A DNA stretch of 64,000 nt, taken from positions 64,001 through 128,000 of the forward strand of contig JBFXJJ010000003.1 of NCBI GenBank assembly GCA_050175015.1. Reading direction: 5' to 3'. Positions 39,266-48,045 of this stretch are shown piece after piece. Position 1 is the first letter of the stretch. The number at the start of each line of letters is the position of its first letter. A program made the position numbers and the translations under genes. Under the pieces are notes generated by a model, which worked only from the letters and a program-made list of their open reading frames with translations, was not told the origin of the DNA and did no database searches. The stretch comes from Alphaproteobacteria bacterium. GTDB lineage: Bacteria > Pseudomonadota > Alphaproteobacteria > JBFXJJ01.

Positions 39266-40204
39266 CTAACAACGAACTCTTTCTTGTTCCCGTTCCCGTT
39301 GTTTAATTAAATGGCGGCATAATCCTCGACTCCTAGTCGTTGCCTGAACCATAGTTGCTCTCCCCTTTTGCAGCAGGGCATCAATGTTTAGCTCACTTCC
39401 TCTTGAAGACGATTGAGATGTCATATTTTCACTGATGTTTAGTATAGCATTAATAGTGTCTAACTTTTCATTAGCAAATCTAGCATCGTTTAACCCAACG
39501 TTGTCAAATGCAATGCCATTATCAGCATTATTTATATTTATCATTTTGCTGAGGCACGAACGTAAATCTCTAGCATTTCGTCTCATTTGACGAATGGTTG
39601 TATCTCTAATATCCAATAATTTTGTGTATTTAGTGACCGATTTACCTAAATCATTGCTTCCAATGGAATCAAGATTGCGGCTGTCTGTAACCTGTACATT
39701 AGTTTTTTGGTTATTAAGCATCATCTGCTTGATTATAGCACTTTTATCGTGTTTAGCTTCGGGGGCGTGTCTTTCAAAAGCACTGATTTTTAGGTTAGGA
39801 AATTTTTTAGAAGATTCTTCAATGTTTCTAACTAAATTTTCAGCCGCTCTTTTGAAGTCTCTATCTTGGGCATCTTGAATGAATTTATTGGTGATACTTC
39901 GAGCTTTAGAATCGCCTAGTTCTTGAGCAAGACTTGCTTCCATTTGCTTTTTTATAAGAATAGTTCTTTCTTGAGCGCTGGTTGTTCTGCGATCGTGATC
40001 TGATGATGCCGAATTTTTTACCACACTGAAAACGGCATCTTTAATTTCTAATTCAGCCATTTCAATGCTTTTGCGTGAATTTCTCAATTTTAACTCAAGC
40101 ATTTCATTCTTTTTGATGAGAGAATCGGTGGTTTCTCCCGATACTTTATTATCAAAAACAAAATCTTTATTTGTTGTTGTAATTTGTACTCTTCTGTTTT
40201 GCAT
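39266..40204 (-). CDS. Hypothetical helical protein with Arg-rich C-terminus
   Basis: 312 aa, SD AGGGGA, no signal peptide; ends TTRSRGLCRHLIKQREREQERVRC. Confidence 0.75.
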   Translation of the reverse strand: MQNRRVQITTTNKDFVFDNKVSGETTDSLIKKNEMLELKLRNSRKSIEMAELEIKDAVFSVVKNSASSDHDRRTTSAQERTILIKKQMEASLAQELGDSKARSITNKFIQDAQDRDFKRAAENLVRNIEESSKKFPNLKISAFERHAPEAKHDKSAIIKQMMLNNQKTNVQVTDSRNLDSIGSNDLGKSVTKYTKLLDIRDTTIRQMRRNARDLRSCLSKMININNADNGIAFDNVGLNDARFANEKLDTINAILNISENMTSQSSSRGSELNIDALLQKGRATMVQATTRSRGLCRHLIKQREREQERVRC

Positions 40205-40283
40205 TTTTATTCCCCTTTATGGACAAAAATACGGTTTTATTTAAAATTAATATACAACAAAAATGTAGAAAATACCAGAAAAA

Positions 40284-40718
40284 TCAAAACAAATCGTCGA
40301 CAAAAAGATATAAAGCTTCAGAAAAAGTAGGAAATGAAGCCCCTATGGCAAAATCAATGCGGTCTATGATAAGATATTTGCGTTCTCTGGCGTCATACAC
40401 AAAGAGTTCTTCTGCAACTTTTCCTAAAAGAATTTTGCCTGCAAAGAAGTCATATCCTAGAAAATCAAGATTAACTTCAATTATTCCAGGGAGGATATAA
40501 CCTTGCTTTTCTCTCTCGTGAGATCTTGTTCCAAATAATTCTACTCCATTCCAGATTAGACCGTCAGAAAATTTTAACAAGGAGATATAATTAGGAGGAA
40601 TCGGCGAAAAGTAATGGCTGGTTAACATAGAACTTGAAAATCTAATAGCTTTGTCATCAGCAGGGATAAACATCACAGCATTATCTTTTTTTAATGTCTC
40701 TAAAATTCTGTTAAGCAT
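40284..40718 (-). CDS. SUKH-superfamily (SMI1/KNR4, YrhA-like) immunity-type protein
   Basis: IPPNYISLLKFSDGLIWNGVELFG...ILLG...LFVYD...FPTFSEAL pattern; directly after an HNH-domain gene. Confidence 0.8.
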   Translation of the reverse strand: MLNRILETLKKDNAVMFIPADDKAIRFSSSMLTSHYFSPIPPNYISLLKFSDGLIWNGVELFGTRSHEREKQGYILPGIIEVNLDFLGYDFFAGKILLGKVAEELFVYDARERKYLIIDRIDFAIGASFPTFSEALYLFVDDLF

Positions 40719-40749
40719 ATTTTTTACAGTCTAAACATTATTTTGGTTG

Positions 40750-41760
40750 TTATATATCAGCAGATCTTCCCATAGAACTTTTCATCTTAATGATTTCAAA
40801 AGTACTTTCTAAGAATCCTGCATAAACGCTTCTATCATGTTTGTCTTTGCCTCCAGGAGAGAATGTACCATTGTTAGGAACATAGACTTTCCCTACGGGG
40901 ACTGGAAGCAAAATTCTCTTAGGTTTTGCGCCATTAAATTGTTTTGTAATTTGTAAATCTAAAAACTTATGAAGGTCAATATGAAAGGGGTGTGTTTTTA
41001 TTAAACACAGATTAGAAAAATCATTAGTTCCGAGATAGTCCAGAGGAATTTTCATATGAACATTAAAATTTTCTGGGGCCCTTCCCTTTTTTAATAATTT
41101 TAATCCTTCTTCATCAACACCAGCTTCAAGACACTCATCTTGATGGTGATAACCAACAAATTTTAGAAAGTCTCGTCTAGCACGTTTAAAAGCTTTTCTC
41201 ATATCGTTTTTCCACGCTGTTGATTGAACAACCATCGTAACCTCTTGTAATTCCATACCTGGAAGATTGAAATTTTCAAATTCCCATTCCCAAGTGTTAA
41301 GATCCTCGTTGGTTGTATTCATCGGCGCCATAACTTGCGGCATCATTGGTTGATGCTGCTGCATATACGTTTGCGGCGGTGGAGACATCAACCGTTGTTG
41401 CTGTTGCTGTACGCTTTGAGGAGGCATAGGCTGCCTTGTTTGCGGCATATGATAACCACCATTGTTAGGCGGCATTTGCTGCGGAGCTTGATTTCTATAA
41501 GCTTGTTGTGGTGGCATTTGTTGAGGCGGCATCATTGGAGCTTGCTGATAATTTTCCATATCATTCCATTGATTGCCACTATAATCAGGAACGCCATATC
41601 CAGGATATGGTGACTGATAGCCGTTATTAGGCTGAGAGTAACCGTTATTGGAATTATTATTGTAGCCAGAATATCTCGGGGGATAGGCAGGAGGAACTGC
41701 TGAAGGCGTTTTCTTGACCACCTTCTTGTATCCGCCTTTATTTCCAGTCCAATCCCACAT
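40750..41760 (-). CDS. Protein with P/Q/N/Y/G-rich low-complexity N-terminus and C-terminal polymorphic-toxin-type HNH domain
   Basis: G-x-x-P-x-x-FNVHMKIPLDYLGTNDFSNLCLIKTHPFHIDLH aligns with toxin HNH VHHKLPLDDGGTNDFSNLVLI. Confidence 0.75.
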   Translation of the reverse strand: MWDWTGNKGGYKKVVKKTPSAVPPAYPPRYSGYNNNSNNGYSQPNNGYQSPYPGYGVPDYSGNQWNDMENYQQAPMMPPQQMPPQQAYRNQAPQQMPPNNGGYHMPQTRQPMPPQSVQQQQQRLMSPPPQTYMQQHQPMMPQVMAPMNTTNEDLNTWEWEFENFNLPGMELQEVTMVVQSTAWKNDMRKAFKRARRDFLKFVGYHHQDECLEAGVDEEGLKLLKKGRAPENFNVHMKIPLDYLGTNDFSNLCLIKTHPFHIDLHKFLDLQITKQFNGAKPKRILLPVPVGKVYVPNNGTFSPGGKDKHDRSVYAGFLESTFEIIKMKSSMGRSADI

Positions 41761-41909
41761 CTTTTTTAACCCGTAAAATTACAAACCTTGTTTCTTACTA
41801 TAGCAAAAAAACATACATAAGTTAATTATCAAAAAACCTGATACGCCAATTTATATTATGAATGAAAAATATTTAATGTGATATTAACAAAATATTACAA
41901 ATCTAAAAA

Positions 41910-44156
41910 TTAGCCAGCAACAGCGTTATCTTCTTCAAATTCTTCATATTCTTCCCAACTATCATCTCCAGCTTCTTCATCTTGGATATATTCTTCTAAT
42001 TCTTCGTCATCGTCAGCTACTAAATTGGCTAGGATATCATTGTTGTTGTCTTCTCTTTGAGCCACAATCCAATCAGGAACGAAGGGGGCAGGAGGCAAAT
42101 TTGACATTGCCAGCATTTTTTTATCAAGATAATAACGAGGAGCATCGGCCATAACAGGACGATTAATAAAACCTTGCATAATAATAACTTGTTTCAATGC
42201 TGGTAAGCTGAGCAAGGTAGAGGCACCCACAACAGATGTTCCCTGAAGTGAGCGGTTAACGTTTTTGGAGAAAGGATTACTTTGTTGCGAGAGACCTTCT
42301 TGTCGACTCCAAGATTCGATTTCTACGGTTTTGGTTCCGATCATTTTTTCGAAACGCTGGGCGGTTTGTTCATTGTTTTGAGGGAGAATAATTTTAGCTG
42401 CGGTGGTGGAAATAATAGTTTCAAGGTCATCTTTACCATATTGACCCGAGATTTGTCCCAAATCTTGTCCAATAAGAAGATATGAAACTTTTTGACCACG
42501 ACCAACCGCTGGTCCGTCTTTAACCGCACCTAATTTAGGCATTTGAGGAAACTCGTCGAGTACGAATAATGTTGGGCAAGGTCCCATTCTACCTTCGGTT
42601 TTATTAACGAAGTTAGGCGGGTTAGCAATTAAGTAGCCTGACATCAATTCAACGAATGTCCCAGTAATAATGTTAAGAGCTCTGGCATCAACTTGGTTAA
42701 CTGACATATAAACTGAAATAGGTTTCCATTCCCCAGTTATAGGGTCTCTCATACCTCTAAGGTCTCTAAAAGTAAAATCTGAGAATTTTGTCCTCGATCT
42801 AACAGCAGAGTTTTTGAAAATACCAATACCAGTAAGAGCAGTTGATAAAATAGAACCACGTTCTTTATCTGGAGTACCTGATAATTGGTTAAGTTCAACC
42901 ACAGCACGGTGGGCATAGCCATATTTACGGCACTCATTAACGGCATCATCAAGCAAATCACGCATAGGATCAGCCAAAGCTGCCATTTGATCGCCTTCTT
43001 CAGTTCTTTTTTTTATGTCTGCTGCTTGAGCCATCTGAGCTTCAGTTAACCAATCCAAAATCATAGCAATACTTGGTTCTGCACCGACCCATTCTTCAGG
43101 AAGAAGTTCCCAAGTTCCGATTGGAACATAGCTTTCAAGAGTTAAACTATCTTGTCTTAAAAGGTTAAGAGCATTTGCAGCGTCAAGATCTTGCATATCC
43201 ATATAATAACCTTCAAGCACAGCTTTATCTTCGTGATCAAAGGATTTTTCATAAAATCGAGCGATGAAATAGTCGTTAGCTCTAGCACGCTCGCATTTGT
43301 TAGTAATGTAATGGATAAATCCTGTTAAGGCGTTACGACCTGTTTTTGCCCAGTGAGGGTCAGCTCCGCCTTTTGGCTCTTCAACCAAAACGCTAACCAT
43401 CATATCGACATACATATCACGGGCTGGTCCCATTGATGGCATAGCTGATGGTGAAAGAGCGTTCCAACTTGGATAGTATACACCGTTATCCGGGTCATCT
43501 TCGGCACCCCAGTTAACAATGAATACAGGACCTTCTTTAATGCGTTGACCGCTTGTTTTAAAACAAAGTTCAGGTTTAGGGTCATTAATGATTAGACTTA
43601 TGCCTTTAGAGTTAAAAATTGTTGGAACAACAACTCCAACAGTTTTACCTGTTCCTGGAGGCGCGCAGACTAGAACAGACAAAGTTTCTGGAAGCATTAA
43701 CATACGACCACGCCATTTGCCAAGAACGACAATAAAGCCGTCAAAAAGCCCCATCTTTTTAATATCGTTAAATTCGGCTAAACGACCGTCGCCGTGAATG
43801 GTTGACATAAAGCCATAAGGATTCATAATCAAACCGCCCATAACCAGCATAAAGAATGAGAAAAAAGGCATACTAGGCAGAAGACTTACTGTTGTTAAAA
43901 CCTGCTTTGTTGTAAAAACAAACTTAATCCATTCAAAGTATTTTGACATTAGATATGATGGTTTGAAGGTCACAATTTTAATAAACTTAAGACCAGCACT
44001 AACAGTATCTTTAGAAAAACCATTTTCTATCATATAGGTGACAGGAAAGATAATCATCATAAAGATAAAAGTTGCAACCATAGAAAGTAAAATGGTCATA
44101 AACACCCATTTTATCGCATTATCTCTTTCTTTCCATTCACCGCCTCTGCGAGCCAT
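41910..44156 (-). CDS. virD4: Type IV secretion coupling protein (VirD4/TraG family)
   Basis: N-terminal TM helices; HGDGRLA; Walker A APPGTGKT; INDPKPE; Walker B FVLDEFPQM; QDLGQI...YG; acidic C-terminal tail. Confidence 0.92.
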   Translation of the reverse strand: MARRGGEWKERDNAIKWVFMTILLSMVATFIFMMIIFPVTYMIENGFSKDTVSAGLKFIKIVTFKPSYLMSKYFEWIKFVFTTKQVLTTVSLLPSMPFFSFFMLVMGGLIMNPYGFMSTIHGDGRLAEFNDIKKMGLFDGFIVVLGKWRGRMLMLPETLSVLVCAPPGTGKTVGVVVPTIFNSKGISLIINDPKPELCFKTSGQRIKEGPVFIVNWGAEDDPDNGVYYPSWNALSPSAMPSMGPARDMYVDMMVSVLVEEPKGGADPHWAKTGRNALTGFIHYITNKCERARANDYFIARFYEKSFDHEDKAVLEGYYMDMQDLDAANALNLLRQDSLTLESYVPIGTWELLPEEWVGAEPSIAMILDWLTEAQMAQAADIKKRTEEGDQMAALADPMRDLLDDAVNECRKYGYAHRAVVELNQLSGTPDKERGSILSTALTGIGIFKNSAVRSRTKFSDFTFRDLRGMRDPITGEWKPISVYMSVNQVDARALNIITGTFVELMSGYLIANPPNFVNKTEGRMGPCPTLFVLDEFPQMPKLGAVKDGPAVGRGQKVSYLLIGQDLGQISGQYGKDDLETIISTTAAKIILPQNNEQTAQRFEKMIGTKTVEIESWSRQEGLSQQSNPFSKNVNRSLQGTSVVGASTLLSLPALKQVIIMQGFINRPVMADAPRYYLDKKMLAMSNLPPAPFVPDWIVAQREDNNNDILANLVADDDEELEEYIQDEEAGDDSWEEYEEFEEDNAVAG

Positions 44157-44307
44157 AGTGATTTCCTCTGTTTTGCTTTTAAAAGGAAGTATTAACTTAT
44201 AATAAAATCAATAAATTTTCTAGCTTTTTTAAAATGTTTAAGCGTTTTTTGTTTATTTTGGAATCATAAATTTTTTTAAAGGTTATTAATGAAGATGTAA
44301 GCAGGGG

Positions 44308-45390
44308 TTAAGAATCAATGATTTTCTTAATTTTTGCAATGGTTTCACTGCTTGCTTTTTCGCCATTGTTGCGCGGGAGAACATCTTCTAAAATCTTAAT
44401 TTCATCAGGGCCGCCACTGCCTACTCGGCCGACGCCAACACTTAGTTCAGCCCAAATTTCGAACATATCTTCGGCATTTATGATAGTTCCATTGCTTAAA
44501 ATTACAATGGTTGCAACTTCAAAGGACTCGCCTTGGGCAGAAATTTTTTCAATTAAGCTTTCTTTCGCATCAATAACTTTTCTAACAGGCGATACTCTGT
44601 GGCTGTTTTCAGAGAACCACAAAGGATCTTCATCATTAAATCGTTCTTCATCAGCGAGCCAATCGCCATCTTCAGCGTCAACATAGCACAATACAATCTG
44701 TTCTTCTGCCATAGCAAGGTAAGCAATGTCATTGTTGCCGATTTTAACATCGCTAATAATTTCGTAGTTAGCGGTTTTAATAATATCTTCAATCGCATCA
44801 GCAGAAGATGCTTTTTTGGAAGCCACAGGTTTAGAGACAGGAGCTGCCTGCACTGGAGCTGGAGTGCTTCTAGGTGTCTCTTTGGGTTCCGCAGCAATAG
44901 ATGGCTTAGCAGATATTATTTCTGGTATTGGCTGGGTTTGTTGAGGTTTGTTTTCCGCGGCTACAGGCTCTGGAGCTTCAGGTTTCTTGACTTTAGTTCT
45001 GACTGCGGGGGGTCTTGTTTTTTTATAAGAGAGTTTTTTCTTAAGAGCAGGCTTTTTTTCTGACGGCTTATTAATAGAATTTTTGGCATAAAGCAAAGGA
45101 ACAACAAAAATCGAGAAGAAAACGTTTCTCCAAGGAATTAAGCAAGATGCTGTCCAGCCTGTAAGCCATATAGGGACAATGGCAAATATGGTAATGAAAA
45201 ACATCATTTCGCTGGTTTCATCGACAACCCAGCCTTTGAGCCATAGGCTATAAATATAAGACCAGTGGTCTGGACGCAAAGGATTGAAATTCCAATAAAA
45301 AACCATAACTTCGCGCAATCCGTTAAAGAAAACGAAGCTCCAAAGAAATCCGATAATGATTGTTCGGGTTGTGGTTATTAGTGAACTCAA
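44308..45390 (-). CDS. Membrane-anchored protein with Pro/Lys-rich linker and degenerate NERD-like domain (paralog 1)
   Basis: TTG start with SD GGAG; WNFNPL...W..GW TM module; WLADEERFNDEDPLWFSE...SPV. Confidence 0.7.
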   Translation of the reverse strand: MSSLITTTRTIIIGFLWSFVFFNGLREVMVFYWNFNPLRPDHWSYIYSLWLKGWVVDETSEMMFFITIFAIVPIWLTGWTASCLIPWRNVFFSIFVVPLLYAKNSINKPSEKKPALKKKLSYKKTRPPAVRTKVKKPEAPEPVAAENKPQQTQPIPEIISAKPSIAAEPKETPRSTPAPVQAAPVSKPVASKKASSADAIEDIIKTANYEIISDVKIGNNDIAYLAMAEEQIVLCYVDAEDGDWLADEERFNDEDPLWFSENSHRVSPVRKVIDAKESLIEKISAQGESFEVATIVILSNGTIINAEDMFEIWAELSVGVGRVGSGGPDEIKILEDVLPRNNGEKASSETIAKIKKIIDS

Positions 45391-45499
45391 AGCTGTACTC
45401 CAGCGGTCTTTTATCTTCTAGGATATAACAAACTTTTAAAATATAACTCAAAAAAGGTAAAAAAAAAATAAATTTTAAGAAGTTAAACTAATCTAGATA

Positions 45500-46612
45500 T
45501 TATTCATCTGGAGCGGCAGAAACAATGGCTAGAGAAATTAAATCTAAAATACCTTCGGCGATTTTGGGAGATGATGAAATATCAGTAATAATATTATCAA
45601 TATTATTAATTCCTCCGGAAAAACCTGTTGCGAAACTTCCAACATTAACCCCTAATTTTTGCCATATTTCTATCATATTTTCGCTGTTTAATATTGAGCC
45701 GTAACCTAAAGCCACAACAGCTTCAATATTGATGGGGTAATCTTCAGGTATAAGATTTGCTAAAATAGGGGTTAAAGACTCTTTTGCCTGCAATACGCCA
45801 AATGATGGTGACGGGCTAAAATTTTCTTCAGAAAACCAAATAGGCGGTTCATTATTAAAGCTATCTTCATCTGCAATCCATTCTTTTCCTTTTGGAGTTA
45901 AGCAGATTAAATAGATGCTTTGTGGTGATATTAAAACCAAATCAACAATATGATTTCCTATAGGCATTGATGAAAAAGCGATGTATCCACAACTGACAGC
46001 ATAATCGTGAAGGATTGCTGCTAAATCGTCCCAATCTGGTTCAGGAATAGCTTCTTCCTCAAGGTTAAATTCTTCATCAATATTCATTTCTGGAACAAGC
46101 GGTTCAACATGAGAAGAAGGAAGCAAAGAACTTTCCTCTTCAATCATTACAGCTGAATCCATAGGCTGCTGCGGTGCTGATGATACCGATGGTTTTCTTA
46201 GATTACTCACTGCAGCAGGAAGTGGTTCAGCGGAGGCTTTATTCTTTTTAGAAATAAGCGCAGGAGGTCTTTTAGGTCCATTGGTTTTTATTGGAGCAAT
46301 ATAAACATCAGTTTTTTCTTTTTTAACAAACAGACTGCTTTTTTTTATGCGTTTGTTAATCATATAACAAAAGACAACACCCAAAAGCCACAAAGGTATA
46401 ATTAGAAATAGTGATACAGCGAATAAAATATCGTTAGTTTCTTTTATTATCCAGCCAGACTGCCATTTTTGCGATAATTCTGCCCAGTCACTTGAGTTTA
46501 GGGGATTAAAATCCCATAAATTTATAGCGATAACTTTATAACCTTGAAGATAGAGAAAACTCCAAATCCCGATAAGCAAAATAAATAATAAAAGGCCTAA
46601 AATCTTTTTCAT
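45500..46612 (-). CDS. Membrane-anchored protein with Pro-rich linker and degenerate NERD-like domain (paralog 2)
   Basis: WDFNPL...WQSGW TM module; VDLVLISPQSIYLI...WIADEDSFNNEPPIWFSE...SP. Confidence 0.72.
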   Translation of the reverse strand: MKKILGLLLFILLIGIWSFLYLQGYKVIAINLWDFNPLNSSDWAELSQKWQSGWIIKETNDILFAVSLFLIIPLWLLGVVFCYMINKRIKKSSLFVKKEKTDVYIAPIKTNGPKRPPALISKKNKASAEPLPAAVSNLRKPSVSSAPQQPMDSAVMIEEESSLLPSSHVEPLVPEMNIDEEFNLEEEAIPEPDWDDLAAILHDYAVSCGYIAFSSMPIGNHIVDLVLISPQSIYLICLTPKGKEWIADEDSFNNEPPIWFSEENFSPSPSFGVLQAKESLTPILANLIPEDYPINIEAVVALGYGSILNSENMIEIWQKLGVNVGSFATGFSGGINNIDNIITDISSSPKIAEGILDLISLAIVSAAPDE

Positions 46613-46704
46613 CTGTTACTTCCAAAAACGGTAGATGACCACATTAATATATTAACAAATAAAACATTTTATCATTCTAGTAAACTATTGTGAAATAATA
46701 TCTT

Positions 46705-47748
46705 TTAAAAACAACGTTTGTTTTTGCCTTTGTTGCAGGGATACTTATCACAACGGTAACATATTTCATTTGGTAGTTCTTCATTTTCAAAGAAAAATTT
46801 AATATTATCAAGTGTTGTTTTTGCAATTTCATAAATAGCTTCTTTGGTGAAAAAAGCCTGATGAGCAGTAACTATAGCATTTCCAAAGCTTAGAAGACGT
46901 GCGAGTTTATCATCATCTAAGACGTCATTAGAGAAATCAGAAAAGAAATAGTCACTTTCTTCTTCGTAAACATCAAGTCCTGCGGCACCAATTTTTCTTG
47001 ATTTTAACCCTTCGATTAAGGCATTAGTATCAATCAATTTGCCTCGTCCAGTGTTTATAATCATAACCCCATTTTTCATTTTTGATATGGTGTCACTATT
47101 AATAAGATGGGTTGTTTCTTTGGTTAAGGGGCAGTTTAGTGAGATAATATCTGATTTAGCGTAGATTTCATCTAAAGAAACATATTCATAACCCATTTTT
47201 TGTGCTGATTCTGTATCTGGAAAGGCATCACTGGCTAGAACATTCATACCAAAACCTTTTAGGATTCCAATTAAAGTTTTGCCGATTTTACCCGTTCCAA
47301 TTACTCCAGCCGTTTTTTGATGCATATCAAATCCCATCAAGCCAAATAATGTAAAGTTGCTTTCTCTGGTTTTGTTAAAAGCTTTATGAATTTTGCGGTT
47401 TAGAGCGAGCATTAAAGCAACGGCGTGTTCTGCCACGGCATAAGGAGAATAGGCAGGAACACGAACGACATGAATTTTATTGTAAGCCGCTTTGAAATCA
47501 ACATTGTTATATCCTGCACAACGCAAGGCAACAATTTTTACCCCACGATTGGCTAAGCCATCAATAACCTCAGAAGACAAAGTATCGTTTACAAAGGCAC
47601 AGACAACATCAGCACCATCTACTAATGATATGGTTTCTGGTCTTAGTTTGTTTTCAAAAAAAGCAAATTCAAAATTGTAATCTTTGTTAAGTTCAAGAAA
47701 ACTTTCTTTATCATAAGGCTTAGTATCGAAGAAGGCAATTTTAGTCAT
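46705..47748 (-). CDS. ldhA: D-lactate dehydrogenase / D-2-hydroxyacid dehydrogenase
   Basis: LRCAGYNNVD, VPAYSPYAVAEH, GTGKIG, INTGRG, LDVYEEE, TAHQAFFT. Confidence 0.93.
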   Translation of the reverse strand: MTKIAFFDTKPYDKESFLELNKDYNFEFAFFENKLRPETISLVDGADVVCAFVNDTLSSEVIDGLANRGVKIVALRCAGYNNVDFKAAYNKIHVVRVPAYSPYAVAEHAVALMLALNRKIHKAFNKTRESNFTLFGLMGFDMHQKTAGVIGTGKIGKTLIGILKGFGMNVLASDAFPDTESAQKMGYEYVSLDEIYAKSDIISLNCPLTKETTHLINSDTISKMKNGVMIINTGRGKLIDTNALIEGLKSRKIGAAGLDVYEEESDYFFSDFSNDVLDDDKLARLLSFGNAIVTAHQAFFTKEAIYEIAKTTLDNIKFFFENEELPNEICYRCDKYPCNKGKNKRCF

Positions 47749-48045
47749 TTTTCTTATCCCTTTTAAAAATCGACGGTGATACCTAAGTACATAATTATAA
47801 ATAATTATACTTTATAGATGTTGCGGCATTGACCAAAATCAAGAGGTTAAAACAAAAAACTTTTATTTTTTATAAGATAAAGCAAATTTAAAATGATTTT
47901 TTTTACTATAACAAAAAAATCATTGTATTCTTAATATGTTGAAAAGTTTATCCCTGATAAGATTTAATATCTATTTGAACTATATTGATAGTTTTGTATT
48001 ATATTAAGATAATCTTTAAATTAGGCTTTTATTGAAAGTTTGAAT

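Noticed and set aside
40219-40500. 93-aa plus-strand ORF
   Set aside because: Antisense to the SUKH gene; no recognisable motif. The other short antisense/overlapping ORFs in the track were rejected for the same reason
41873-41888. CtrA-like TTAA-N7-TTAAC box upstream of the HNH gene
   Set aside because: Single match in very AT-rich DNA; needs cross-species conservation to be credible
39266-46612. ICE or plasmid remnant around virD4
   Set aside because: No relaxase, integrase, virB genes, direct repeats or pseudogenes visible; ORFs intact and flanked by metabolic genes
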